Shown here: positions 10,558 to 21,129 of the stretch, piece after piece | Layout: each line of letters begins with the position of its first letter | Position numbering within the stretch: position 1 is the first letter of the stretch | Source of the DNA: Desulfatiglandales bacterium | GTDB lineage: Bacteria; Desulfobacterota; DSM-4660; Desulfatiglandales; HGW-15 | Direction of reading: 5' to 3' | Length of the DNA stretch: 64,000 nt | Assembly: GCA_963667015.2 (NCBI GenBank) | Contig: CAXXJJ010000001.1 | Coordinates: 1,760,001-1,824,000, forward strand | Notes under the pieces: model-generated | Database searches by the model: none | What the model was told of the DNA's origin: nothing | What the model saw: only the letters and a program-made list of their open reading frames with translations | Translations under genes and position numbers: made by a program

Positions 10558-12390
10558 GTGAGCCTTTTCAATACTAAATTTGATGATCGGAATCGATTTT
10601 TATCATATTTACTTATTTGTCTATTTGCAATAATCATTTATCTTCCCTCAGTTAACGGGGAATTTATTCTTGATGATATCTCTTTAGTAGAAAAAAACAG
10701 TTACCTCAAAGAGTGGCATTCTGTTGGCTCATATCTTTCCCAGGAGGATGGATATAGTAAAGATACCGGTTGGCATACTGGATATTACAGGCCCCTCATC
10801 AATCTTTCCTACACCCTTGATTATAAAATCTGGGGCATGTCTGCACCGGGCTTTAGAATTACTAATTTGATTCTGCATATTTTAACCTGCTTTATTTTGT
10901 TTGCTTTTTTTAACCTTATTATTCAAAAAAAGAATATAGCCTTGATGCTTGCCCTGATTTTTTTACTCCATCCTGTAAACACCGAAACTGTTTCATGGAT
11001 AACATCAAGGAACAATATTCTTGTTACACTATTTGGGATTCTCTCTCTTTTCAATTATATAAAAGCTTATAAAAATGGAAAATATTATTCTTATATTTTA
11101 TCGATCATATTTTTTACCCTGTCCATATTTTCAAAGGAATTCGGCCTTATGCTGCTGCCATTATTTTTCCTTTACCAGAGGGTTTTCAATAATGGCAGAA
11201 AAATCACTTTTATCGAACTGAGAGAATATGCTCCTTTTATTATTGTTGCATTTATATATTTTTTCTTCAGGCAGAATGTAATTGGTTCCTTGATAACACC
11301 AGCAGGATTTTCAGATGTATTTATGAGGATATATAATACCCCTTATGTATTGTTTTATAACCTTAAACTGATCTTTTTTCCATTTAACTTACATAGTTTT
11401 ATTCTAAAATATCCTGAAAGCTTTTTAAATTCAGGTTCCCTGCTTTCTTTATTTTGTTTCCTGATGGTTGCTATTTTAATGTGGGTTTATCGAAAAAATC
11501 GAGTTTTCATTTTTTCCATTATCGCATTTATTATAATAATATTTCCTGTCCTTAATGTTATCCAGACGTCAGCACCTTCTTTGATAGCCATGAGGTGGCT
11601 TTATTTTCCCTTGCCTTTTATATTACTGCTATTATCACTGCCCTTGAAAAAATTATATTGGTTTAATGCACGGCTGACAGTATGTTTGTTTACAGGGATT
11701 ATTCTGTATCTTGGTTTCAATACTTATATGCTTAACAGGTTCCTCTGGCACTCACCCGAAGACTTTTTTAAGCAGGAGGTTTTGCAGTTTAATAATACCT
11801 TTTATTATGATGGCATGGCATTTATATATGGGAAAGAAAAAAAGACTGAACTGGCAATGAAGCTATATGAAAAGAGTATTGAAGAAAGAATAAGGTTAGA
11901 TATCAATTATATCGAGTATTCGAAATTATTAATGGATAAAGGTAATCTGAAAAAGGCATTGGAATATCTGGATAAGGCCTGGAATATCTGTTATTCACGT
12001 GATCAAATGGGCTTTATATTTCATTCAAAAGGTGTCATCAATTTAAAATTAAATAATCTTGAAGAATCAGAAAAATATATCCGTAATGCAATTAATCTTT
12101 CACCTAATGAGCCTTTATACTGGGAAAATCTTGGTGTGGTTCAGGGAATGATGGAAAAACATGAAGATGCACTCTATTCATTTAAAAAGGCGATAAGACT
12201 TGGGATAAATTCAACATCTTTATTTAAGAATATGGCAAATGCATATATATTAAATAATGAATGCCAGAAAGCGATAAAACTGATTAAAAGAATCAATAGG
12301 GAAGAAAAAGATGACATATTAAATGGGATGCTGAGGAAAGCAGAGGAATGTGTGAAAAAGGAAAAATCTAATGATTCATTAATGAGGTAA
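10558..12390 (+). CDS. TMTC-like GT-C membrane glycosyltransferase with C-terminal TPRs
   Basis: FILDD..V..N, YYRPL, HPVNTETVSWITSR, SKE, MRWLYFP motifs; many TM helices then TPRs. Confidence 0.75.
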   Translation: MSLFNTKFDDRNRFLSYLLICLFAIIIYLPSVNGEFILDDISLVEKNSYLKEWHSVGSYLSQEDGYSKDTGWHTGYYRPLINLSYTLDYKIWGMSAPGFRITNLILHILTCFILFAFFNLIIQKKNIALMLALIFLLHPVNTETVSWITSRNNILVTLFGILSLFNYIKAYKNGKYYSYILSIIFFTLSIFSKEFGLMLLPLFFLYQRVFNNGRKITFIELREYAPFIIVAFIYFFFRQNVIGSLITPAGFSDVFMRIYNTPYVLFYNLKLIFFPFNLHSFILKYPESFLNSGSLLSLFCFLMVAILMWVYRKNRVFIFSIIAFIIIIFPVLNVIQTSAPSLIAMRWLYFPLPFILLLLSLPLKKLYWFNARLTVCLFTGIILYLGFNTYMLNRFLWHSPEDFFKQEVLQFNNTFYYDGMAFIYGKEKKTELAMKLYEKSIEERIRLDINYIEYSKLLMDKGNLKKALEYLDKAWNICYSRDQMGFIFHSKGVINLKLNNLEESEKYIRNAINLSPNEPLYWENLGVVQGMMEKHEDALYSFKKAIRLGINSTSLFKNMANAYILNNECQKAIKLIKRINREEKDDILNGMLRKAEECVKKEKSNDSLMR

Positions 12391-12392
12391 TA

Positions 12393-13175
12393 ATGATTAA
12401 CGGCAAAAAGATAGTAGTTGTATTGCCTGCCTATAATGCAGAAGCGACAATAACGAGAACCTATAAAGATTTACCTTTTGATATTGTGGACGATGTTTTG
12501 CTTGTAGATGATAATAGTGCGGATCAAACAATAGAGATTGCTAAAAAACTGGGGATCAAGGCCTTTTTACATGACCGTAATTATGGCTATGGCAGAAACC
12601 AGAAAACATGTTATCAGGAGGCATTAAAGCTTGGCGCTGACATTGTTGTTATGGTTCATCCAGATTATCAATATACCCCCAAACTAGTAACAGCTATGGC
12701 GAGCATGATAGCCTATGATGTTTATGATGCAGTGCTTGGCTCACGAATTATTGGTGGTGGAGCACTCAAAGGGGGGATGCCAATTTATAAATATATTGCG
12801 AACCGATTCTTGACAGCCATCGAAAATATTCTGCTTGGGAGCAAGTTATCTGAGTTCCATACCGGCTATCGGGCTTTTTCAAGAGAGATCCTTGAAAACC
12901 TACCGATTCATTTGAATAGTGATAATTTCAGGTTTGACAATGAAATGCTTACGCAGATTCTTTATTCCGGTTATCGAATTGGTGAGGTGTCATGTCCAAC
13001 AAAATATTTTGATGAAGCCTCATCTATAAGCCTTAAAAACAGTATAATATATGGGTTTGGCGTCCTGGCAACGGCAGTTAAATTCAGAATGCAAAAATGG
13101 GGTCTGATTAATTCCAGGCTATTTGTGGACGTTAATACATCCGTTAAAACAAATTATTATTCCAATATTAAATAA
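12393..13175 (+). CDS. GT2 glycosyltransferase (polyprenol-phosphate sugar synthase-like)
   Basis: VVLPAYNAE, LVDDNSAD, NYGYG, HPDYQY, GSR, TGYRAF. Confidence 0.85.
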   Translation: MINGKKIVVVLPAYNAEATITRTYKDLPFDIVDDVLLVDDNSADQTIEIAKKLGIKAFLHDRNYGYGRNQKTCYQEALKLGADIVVMVHPDYQYTPKLVTAMASMIAYDVYDAVLGSRIIGGGALKGGMPIYKYIANRFLTAIENILLGSKLSEFHTGYRAFSREILENLPIHLNSDNFRFDNEMLTQILYSGYRIGEVSCPTKYFDEASSISLKNSIIYGFGVLATAVKFRMQKWGLINSRLFVDVNTSVKTNYYSNIK

Positions 13176-13208
13176 ATCAAATAATGAGTACATAATATTT
13201 AATATCAG

Positions 13209-15635
13209 GTGATTAGCGAAGTCGAGATGCAGGCCTTCAATCAAGAAAATAATGGAAATTCCCTGATCCGAACTATTAAGGAGCACAATATTATTCTTTT
13301 AGTAATACTCCTTATCTGCATTGGTTTCCTTGCATTCAAACGATATCTACTGTCTGAAAACCTGTATATTTTTTTGGATATCGGAAGTGATACCTATAAT
13401 CATGGATATCCTTATCTTGTAAATATTGCAGATTACATCCGAAATGAAGGCATTCCACGCTGGTCTTTTTACCATGGAATGGGGCAGAATATTTTCCCAG
13501 GTGGAATAAACGACCCATTCAATCTTTTTCTGTGTCTTCTGGGAAGAGAATACCTGCCATACGGAATAATCTATGTAGAGCTATGCAAAATTATTTTGGG
13601 AGGGGTGCTTTTCTTTTATTACCTGAAAACATTATCATTAACCCGATATACATGCATACTGGGTGGGATACTTTTTGCGTTCTCAGGTTACATGATCCTG
13701 GGAAGTGGCTGGTATGGACATTCCATGTTCATGCTATCGGCTATTTTCTTTCTTTTTTCCTTTGAAAAATTGCTGAAAGAAGATACCTGGTTTTACTTTC
13801 CCCTTTCCGTTGCTTTAATAGTATCCAGGTCAGCTTTTTATCTTTATATTCTTGGAGCATTTTTATCTATTTACGCCATATTCAGAGTATTGGAAGAAGG
13901 CGGATGGAGTTTTAAAAAAGTATGCGTATTGTTTGTCAAACTGGCCGGATTAGGTACACTGGGTTTGTTGATTGTAGCACCTTTTGTTGCTAATGATCTG
14001 CTGCGAGTTATTGAAAGTCCCAGGGTAGGAGGTGAATCAGGCTATTATAATAAATTAATGTCTACACAAGCATTTTCTTTTGGCAACTATTTGCATAACA
14101 TTACAGCAATTTTGCGGTTTTTTTCAAATGATATTCTGGGTACTGGTAGCGATTACAAAGGGTGGTATAACTATCTGGAGGCGCCGGCTTTTTACTGTGG
14201 CCTGAGCACATTGTTATTATTTCCTCAGATTTTCATTTCGTTAAATAATAAAAAGAAAATATTATATTCTATATTTTTAATAATCTGGATTTTATTGATT
14301 GTATTTCCCTTTTTCAGGTATGGATTTTATCTCTTCACAGGGGATTACTATAAAGGAGGGCTTTCATTTATCATTCCCTTTGTTCTTCTTTTTTATAGCC
14401 TTCACGCCTTTGACTTTATTTATAGAAATAAGAAAATCAATAAAGTCTTGTTGTTGGTTACGCTTGTTGTCCTATTGTGTATCCTGAATTTTTCATACTT
14501 TCCTGATGATCAGAACCCCATAAAAGATAATATTCGAATTCTAACAACGGGTTTTCTAATATGTTATTCTCTTATTTTTTTATTATATGGGAAAAGTAAA
14601 AACCTAAAAATAATAAAGTATAGTCTGCTAATAATTATCTGCATTGAAGCGTATATGTTTTCCACAATAACCAGTAGTTCAAGAACAGCCTTGACTGCTA
14701 AAGAATATAATCAGGATATAGGATATAATGATGGAACCCAAAAATTAGTAGAGTTAATTAGAGCAAAGGATATTAGTTTTTTTAGAGTAGCTAAAAATTA
14801 TTCATCCGGGATCGCTGTTCATAAAAGTCTTAACGACGCTTTAATGCAAAATTATTATGGGACTCCTTCCTATCACCAGTTTAATCAAAAATATTATATC
14901 AGATTTTTAGCTGAAACGGGTATTATCAAGAGCGATGAAGAGGCTATGACCCGGTGGGCTCCAGGGCTTTCATCGCGGCCATTGCTGCAAACCATTGCCA
15001 GTGTGAAATATTTTTTAAGCAAAAGTGAAGTCCCTGAATTTTTCAAAAGAACTTATAGTCCTTTTGCCAGATATAAAGATATTCTGGCTTTAAAAAACGA
15101 CTATTCATTACCTTTAGGTTTTACATATGACAGGTTTGTGACCTACGAACGCTTCAAAGACCTGAACGATAATCAGAAAGAAAGAATATTCTTAAAGGCA
15201 TTTGTTTTTGAAAAAGGTGATGATGTGAATAAAGACTTTGAATCACTTGATATTGATAAACTAAATGATGAATACACCCTGCAGGAATATGGATCTGATA
15301 TAATTAATCTGAAACGGGAATCAATAGTGATTACCAAACACAACCAGAACAATATTATAGGGCATATCAAGGTTGAAAATAGAAAGTTGTTATTTTTTTC
15401 TATCCCATTTGATAGAGGATGGGATATAAAGATTGATGGGGTGAATCAAAAAGTAAGTCTGATCAATCTTGGATTCATGGGAGTTGTTGTGCCAAGAGGT
15501 ATCCATGAAATTGAGCTTACTTATACTCCCCCCTTTCTTTATAGTGGAACTATAATTATGATTATTTCTATTTTATTATTCGCATTCCTGATTTTTAATG
15601 CTGTCAGGAAAAGGGATTTGGTCACAAAAAAATGA
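13209..15635 (+). CDS. YfhO-family membrane protein (putative GT-C glycosyltransferase)
   Basis: SDTY...YP early loop, polytopic core, C-terminal FSIPFDRGW...NLGFMGV...G.HEIELTY.PP. Confidence 0.75.
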   Translation: MISEVEMQAFNQENNGNSLIRTIKEHNIILLVILLICIGFLAFKRYLLSENLYIFLDIGSDTYNHGYPYLVNIADYIRNEGIPRWSFYHGMGQNIFPGGINDPFNLFLCLLGREYLPYGIIYVELCKIILGGVLFFYYLKTLSLTRYTCILGGILFAFSGYMILGSGWYGHSMFMLSAIFFLFSFEKLLKEDTWFYFPLSVALIVSRSAFYLYILGAFLSIYAIFRVLEEGGWSFKKVCVLFVKLAGLGTLGLLIVAPFVANDLLRVIESPRVGGESGYYNKLMSTQAFSFGNYLHNITAILRFFSNDILGTGSDYKGWYNYLEAPAFYCGLSTLLLFPQIFISLNNKKKILYSIFLIIWILLIVFPFFRYGFYLFTGDYYKGGLSFIIPFVLLFYSLHAFDFIYRNKKINKVLLLVTLVVLLCILNFSYFPDDQNPIKDNIRILTTGFLICYSLIFLLYGKSKNLKIIKYSLLIIICIEAYMFSTITSSSRTALTAKEYNQDIGYNDGTQKLVELIRAKDISFFRVAKNYSSGIAVHKSLNDALMQNYYGTPSYHQFNQKYYIRFLAETGIIKSDEEAMTRWAPGLSSRPLLQTIASVKYFLSKSEVPEFFKRTYSPFARYKDILALKNDYSLPLGFTYDRFVTYERFKDLNDNQKERIFLKAFVFEKGDDVNKDFESLDIDKLNDEYTLQEYGSDIINLKRESIVITKHNQNNIIGHIKVENRKLLFFSIPFDRGWDIKIDGVNQKVSLINLGFMGVVVPRGIHEIELTYTPPFLYSGTIIMIISILLFAFLIFNAVRKRDLVTKK

Positions 15636-15680
15636 ATAATATCGACTGTTTCACTAAATAATTTTCTCTGAGAGAAATAA

Positions 15681-16670
15681 ATGGACATATCATTTGTAAT
15701 ACCCGTATTTAATGAAGAAGAGAGCCTTGAAGAGCTTTATAACCGAATCACAGAGCAGATGAAGGTGCTTTCCAAAACCTATGAGCTTATTTTTATAGAT
15801 GACGGAAGCAGCGATGCTTCATATGAAAAATTGCAAAAGATAGCATTTGATGATGACCATGTTAAAGTCTATAAGTTTCGGAAGAATTTTGGGAAATCTG
15901 TCGTGTTGGATCAGGCTTTTAAGCATTCCAGCGGAGATATAATAATTACAATGGATGCAGATCTCCAGGATGATCCCAAAGAAATTCCCAATTTCATATT
16001 AGAGATGGATAAAGGGTATGATCTTGTTTCGGGGTGGAAAAAGATACGAAAAGATCCATTTTTTGGAAAAAATATGCCGTCCAAATTGTTTAACTTTATG
16101 ATCGGATATTTCTCAGGCCTTAAGATTCATGATTATAACTGTGGTTTTAAGGCTTATAAAAAAAATCTGGTAAGGCATCTTTCCCTGCATGGTGATCTTT
16201 ACCGGTATATTCCGGCTATTGCACATTCAATGGGATTTAGCGTAACTGAAATAGCCATTGAACACCACCCAAGGGTGTATGGTAAATCAAAATATGGATT
16301 AAATCGATTTACTCATGGGTTCTTCGATTTTATAACCATTTTATTTCTTACTAAATATCTTAAACGACCAATGCATCTATTCGGCTTGTTCGGTCTTTTT
16401 TTCTCGGGCATAGGGTTAATAATATGTATCTATCTTTCTATTATCTGGTTTCTTGGGGAAAGTATCGGTACCAGGCCATTACTATTACTTGGTGTTCTTT
16501 TGATATTACTCGGAACACAACTTGTATTTACTGGCCTAATTGCAGAGATGATTGCTTATCACAGGCAGGGGAAAAAATATGATAATACTATTGATAAAGT
16601 TATTGTAAAAAAAATAGAAAACTCTCTATCATACGATAGACATATTAATAATATATCATCAACCGAATAG
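15681..16670 (+). CDS. GT2 glycosyltransferase, ArnC/GtrB-like with two C-terminal TMs
   Basis: VIPVFNEEE, IDDGSSD, RKNFGKS, MDADLQDDP, DYNCGFKAY, HHPR.YGKSKY. Confidence 0.88.
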   Translation: MDISFVIPVFNEEESLEELYNRITEQMKVLSKTYELIFIDDGSSDASYEKLQKIAFDDDHVKVYKFRKNFGKSVVLDQAFKHSSGDIIITMDADLQDDPKEIPNFILEMDKGYDLVSGWKKIRKDPFFGKNMPSKLFNFMIGYFSGLKIHDYNCGFKAYKKNLVRHLSLHGDLYRYIPAIAHSMGFSVTEIAIEHHPRVYGKSKYGLNRFTHGFFDFITILFLTKYLKRPMHLFGLFGLFFSGIGLIICIYLSIIWFLGESIGTRPLLLLGVLLILLGTQLVFTGLIAEMIAYHRQGKKYDNTIDKVIVKKIENSLSYDRHINNISSTE

Positions 16671-16770
16671 TGTTGGTTTTTTGTGAAAATGGAAAAGTGA
16701 TGCTGATATTTTTTCTTGCTGGTTATGTTAAAGGCACACAATTTTTAACCTGAATTAGAGAATATACCGA

Positions 16771-17406
16771 GTGCAAAATAATTCAAACATGAATATTCAA
16801 TCTACAGTACGTAAAGATACTGGAATACGGAATACAAAAAAATACACTAATAAAAATCCATTACACCAATTTGTCTTAGGTCGATTTTTTGATGTTATGG
16901 CACAGGAAATAAAAGAATTATCTCCTGAGAATGTACTGGAATTCGGTTGTGGTGAAGGCATGCTCCTGCAGGAATTAAAAAAGCGGGATGTTTTTTTTGA
17001 ATCACTTTTGGGAATTGATATAAGAGAAGATGCTATACGACAGGCAAGAGATTTAAACCCAGAATATTCATTTGAGAAAAAAGATATCCTGCAATCGGGC
17101 TTCAGTCCTAAAACCTTTGATATGATTATTGCATCAGAAGTGCTGGAGCATTTAATAGATCCAGAACCGATATTAATGAAATTAGTTGAGTTAAGCAGTG
17201 AATACTTGCTTCTGACAGTCCCTTGGGAGCCATGGTTTCGTTTAATGAATTTTTTACGTGGTCGTGATATCAGACGTTTGGGAAACCATCCTGAACATAT
17301 TAACAAATGGGGCGTTGAAGAGTTCGTTAGTCTCGTGAATAAATATGCAACAGTCAAAAATGCCAGGACATCATTTCCATTTATTATTATTGTTGCTACT
17401 ACATAA
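16771..17406 (+). CDS. Class I SAM-dependent methyltransferase
   Basis: VLEFGCGEG, FDMIIASEVLEHL, LLTVPWEP. Confidence 0.85.
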   Translation: MQNNSNMNIQSTVRKDTGIRNTKKYTNKNPLHQFVLGRFFDVMAQEIKELSPENVLEFGCGEGMLLQELKKRDVFFESLLGIDIREDAIRQARDLNPEYSFEKKDILQSGFSPKTFDMIIASEVLEHLIDPEPILMKLVELSSEYLLLTVPWEPWFRLMNFLRGRDIRRLGNHPEHINKWGVEEFVSLVNKYATVKNARTSFPFIIIVATT

Positions 17407-17436
17407 CAGTAAAATATTGTTTAAAGTTATGGATTT

Positions 17437-18348
17437 ATGAAATTTATCTCAAAAAAAAGCATTTCTTATTTTTTTTTATTTATAGTCCTGATTTTAATTT
17501 CTTATTATTTAATAAATAACTATGAATCATTAAAGTCTGTTAGATGGTGGGAAAATCCTGGATTTTTAAGTTTCCATATAATGTTGCTTGTACTTACCTT
17601 TGTTTTATTTGTAACGGCCTGGCAAAGACTTTTGAAAACGATTGGTATACATGAGGGGCTAAAGGTCGCTGGGTACACATGGCTGGTTTCCAACATAGGG
17701 AAATATGTTCCAGGCAAGATATTAATGGTAGCAGGGCGAATAGCCTTACTTAATAATATTGGTGTTAGGCCTGCAACTGCAGCGGCTGTTGTAATCTGGG
17801 AGCATATTATTGTCATTCTTGCGACTATGCCATTTAGTCTTTTTATCCTATTAAATTATTCGGGATATTATTCATTAAAAATAATAATTAGTGTAATGTT
17901 TGTTTTATTTTCAATAATATTAATTGCTCTTAATCCCAGTATAGTTGGGAAGATGATTAATTATTTTTTAAATCTATTTAAACGTCCTCCACTGGAATAT
18001 ATATTACAGCGTAAAGCCGTTATGTATTTTTTTATTTTTTATTTGATTACATGGATTGTATATGGCCTATCAGGTGTAACTCTAGCATATGTGTTCGGAT
18101 TTGAAGATAAAATTCCACTATTTTTACTTTTTAATGTCTTTATATTTTCCTGGTTAATGGGGTTTGTTAGTATTATTACACCAGGAGGCTTAGGGGTGCG
18201 AGAAGGAATAATGATTCTAATGATTAGTCCATATGTCCCAATGAACGAACTTATAGTTTTCACTCTTTTTGCTCGAATAACATGGACTATAACAGAATTG
18301 TTTGGAGTATTGGTAGGTATAAAAATAGGTAATAAATTGTATGTCTAA
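17437..18348 (+). CDS. Lysylphosphatidylglycerol-synthase-TM / flippase-like membrane protein (UPF0104/AglD2-like)
   Basis: SNIGKYVPGK, TPGGLGVREG; multi-TM. Confidence 0.75.
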   Translation: MKFISKKSISYFFLFIVLILISYYLINNYESLKSVRWWENPGFLSFHIMLLVLTFVLFVTAWQRLLKTIGIHEGLKVAGYTWLVSNIGKYVPGKILMVAGRIALLNNIGVRPATAAAVVIWEHIIVILATMPFSLFILLNYSGYYSLKIIISVMFVLFSIILIALNPSIVGKMINYFLNLFKRPPLEYILQRKAVMYFFIFYLITWIVYGLSGVTLAYVFGFEDKIPLFLLFNVFIFSWLMGFVSIITPGGLGVREGIMILMISPYVPMNELIVFTLFARITWTITELFGVLVGIKIGNKLYV

Positions 18349-18379
18349 TATTATTGTATATCTTTAGATTATTCTCAAA

Positions 18380-19126
18380 ATGAAAGACGAAGCATATAAA
18401 CAATATATGAGAGAGATCAATAACTGGCTCCATAGAGGAAGGCGACTTCTATTGGAAACCTGCCTTGATCTATGCTTCTCTGTCCCTAATTCAAAAAAAG
18501 GGGCACTTAAAATATTGGAGATTGGTGCGGGTTACGGAAAAAATATAGAAGTGCTTGCAAAATTTGGAAAAGTTGATGCAATAGAAGTTGAACCAATGGC
18601 AATAGAGATTCTCAAGAGCAATCAGTCTATACAGCAATTGTATTCTGATAAAGTTCCCTTTTCACTGGACCATACATATGACGTAATTAGTGCAATGGAT
18701 TTTCTTGAACATGTTCCAGATGACAGACAGATCTTCCTTTGGATGGTCGAACATCTTAGCGATAATGGAATTTTGTTTTTAACGGTACCGGCTTATCAAT
18801 TTTTATTTAGCGATCATGATGTTTCTTTAGGGCATTTTCGGCGTTATAGACTGAATAATATTATGGAACTCAATTCGGAGCGGTTATTACCTTTTAAAAA
18901 AGGTTACTTCAATTCTATTCTTTTCCCTTTCGCAGCCGTTATACGGTTATTGGGACGAATGAGAAAAGGAATTGATGAAAGCGAAAGGAAGCAGTCCAGT
19001 ATTGTTCCAATATATTTGGATAAAATTTTATTTTATATATTAAAACACGAGACAAGCTTTATTAAAAAATACCCTTTATTTCCATTTGGTTTAACTGCCT
19101 TTGTGTTGTTTAAAAAATCAGAATAA
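18380..19126 (+). CDS. Class I SAM-dependent methyltransferase
   Basis: ILEIGAGYG, DFLEHVPDD, TVPAYQFLFSDHD...HFRRY. Confidence 0.85.
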   Translation: MKDEAYKQYMREINNWLHRGRRLLLETCLDLCFSVPNSKKGALKILEIGAGYGKNIEVLAKFGKVDAIEVEPMAIEILKSNQSIQQLYSDKVPFSLDHTYDVISAMDFLEHVPDDRQIFLWMVEHLSDNGILFLTVPAYQFLFSDHDVSLGHFRRYRLNNIMELNSERLLPFKKGYFNSILFPFAAVIRLLGRMRKGIDESERKQSSIVPIYLDKILFYILKHETSFIKKYPLFPFGLTAFVLFKKSE

Positions 19127-19265
19127 ATAGTATTCTCAATTTATATGCAATAATTTAATAGTTATATATTCATAGATATTTTTATATTTTTTTCTGAAGT
19201 AGTAGATTTATTGACGCGTAAGCATAAAACAAATCAGACTTATAATTGGATTGAATTGAATCCGG

Positions 19266-21089
19266 ATGATAACGAAACAATACTATAAAACTCTCTTCCT
19301 ATATATTGCACTGAGTTTCCTTGCTTTATTCACATTTTTAGATTTAAAAAATCATGAGTTTGTAAGTTATGATGATAACGAATTTATTGTTGAAAATGAG
19401 CATATAAGGGACGGTTTTTCCATTGACAGTCTAATATATGCCTTCACAGATGTTAACTCCGGTATCTGGCATCCAATAACTTGGTTATCACATACTTTAG
19501 ATTGTCAGCTTTATGGCATAAATCCGATTGGACATCATTGGAATAATCTTATCTTTCATCTAGTAAATTCCCTTCTTCTTTTTTTTATCCTGCATAGGAT
19601 GACCGGGGCTTTATATAGAAGTTTTTTTGTTGCATTATTATTTTCTGCTCATCCGATCCAGGTGGAATCTGTTGCCTGGGTTGCAGAGCGTAAAAATGTC
19701 CTGAGTACATTATTTTATCTGCTTTGCATCTTATCCTATATCCGATATGTAAAAGATGAAAAAAACAGCAGGTATATAATAGTTATTCTGTTTTATATCC
19801 TTGGTTTAATGTCAAAGCCTATGATGGTGACTATGCCGGTCATTTTGCTTCTACTGGATTTCTGGCCTTTAGAACGTTTAAAGGTATCTATCAATACTGG
19901 AGGAGAACAATCTTCAAGAAGTGTAAAGCGTTTTATAATAGAAAAAATACCTTTTTTGATAATTGCTGTCATTTTCAGCATCATTAGCTGGAAATCACAA
20001 TATGTTTCCGGAGCTATGACGGACCTCGAAACTATCTCCCTTCAGGCAAGGATTGAGCTTTCTCTGGTCTCCTATATCAAATACCTTTATAACTTAATAT
20101 GGCCGACCAGGCTTGCATTTTTCTATCCATATACCGGCAATATGTCCCTATGGAAAACATTGGGTGCTTTTTCCCTTTTATTACTGTTTTCTGCGTGCAG
20201 CATTGATTGTGTTAAAAATAAAAAGCATATACTCTTTGGGTGGCTGTGGTTTATCATTACTATTTCCCCGGTGATTGGTATCGTTCATCTTGGGGAGCAG
20301 GCCATGGCAGACAGATATATGTATATCCCCTGTATCGGGATTTTTATTGTGGTTATTTGGGGATTATATGACCTGACAGCTCATATCGGTCGGTCTAAAT
20401 TTTTATTTATTCTATTTACTTCTTTACTCGTCATAATTTTTTCTATGGTATCAATTGTTCAGGTAAAGACTTGGCGTAATAGTTATACTCTATTCTGCCA
20501 TGCGTTACAGGTGACTTCAGGTAATTTTGTTGCTCATTCTAACTTAGGAGTATTGTTGTTGAATAGCGGCAAGACTGACGAGGCTATATACCATCTTGGA
20601 AAGGCTCTTGAGCTAAAACCACAGGAGAGGAAAAGTCATTTTGATATGGGGAGTGCACTGGCAGCCAGTAAAAGATTCAATGAAGCAAAAAAACAATATC
20701 ATTGGGTTTTAGAAAGATTTCCGAATGATATGGAAACGGTTTATTACATGGGACGTGTATGTTTTGACCTTGGTGAATATGAAAAAGCTCTTAACTATTT
20801 TATTAAATATTTACAGCATAATCCGGAACATCTTAATGTCCTGAGATACCTTGGGCATAGTTATATGAAGCTTGAAGATTTTAAAGAAGCGGAAAAATAT
20901 TATCTCTCAGCAATAAAACTGCGCCCTGATCAACCAGAGGTCCTGAATAATCTTGGAATGATCTATTATAATAAAGGGCTTCTGAAAAAAGCAGATCACC
21001 TTTTTAAGCTGGCATTGAAATATAAGCCGGACTATAGAGATGCATACCTTAATTTAAAAAATATACAGTCACTGTCAGGAAATGAATAG
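19266..21089 (+). CDS. Second TMTC-like GT-C membrane glycosyltransferase with TPRs
   Basis: FVSYDD..I.EN, WHPITWLSH, HPIQVESVAWVAERKNVL, SKPM, ADRYMYIP, W+NS then TPRs. Confidence 0.78.
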   Translation: MITKQYYKTLFLYIALSFLALFTFLDLKNHEFVSYDDNEFIVENEHIRDGFSIDSLIYAFTDVNSGIWHPITWLSHTLDCQLYGINPIGHHWNNLIFHLVNSLLLFFILHRMTGALYRSFFVALLFSAHPIQVESVAWVAERKNVLSTLFYLLCILSYIRYVKDEKNSRYIIVILFYILGLMSKPMMVTMPVILLLLDFWPLERLKVSINTGGEQSSRSVKRFIIEKIPFLIIAVIFSIISWKSQYVSGAMTDLETISLQARIELSLVSYIKYLYNLIWPTRLAFFYPYTGNMSLWKTLGAFSLLLLFSACSIDCVKNKKHILFGWLWFIITISPVIGIVHLGEQAMADRYMYIPCIGIFIVVIWGLYDLTAHIGRSKFLFILFTSLLVIIFSMVSIVQVKTWRNSYTLFCHALQVTSGNFVAHSNLGVLLLNSGKTDEAIYHLGKALELKPQERKSHFDMGSALAASKRFNEAKKQYHWVLERFPNDMETVYYMGRVCFDLGEYEKALNYFIKYLQHNPEHLNVLRYLGHSYMKLEDFKEAEKYYLSAIKLRPDQPEVLNNLGMIYYNKGLLKKADHLFKLALKYKPDYRDAYLNLKNIQSLSGNE

Positions 21090-21129
21090 CCGCTGCTGAA
21101 GATGAATATTTTCCAGCAGCGACACGAGT

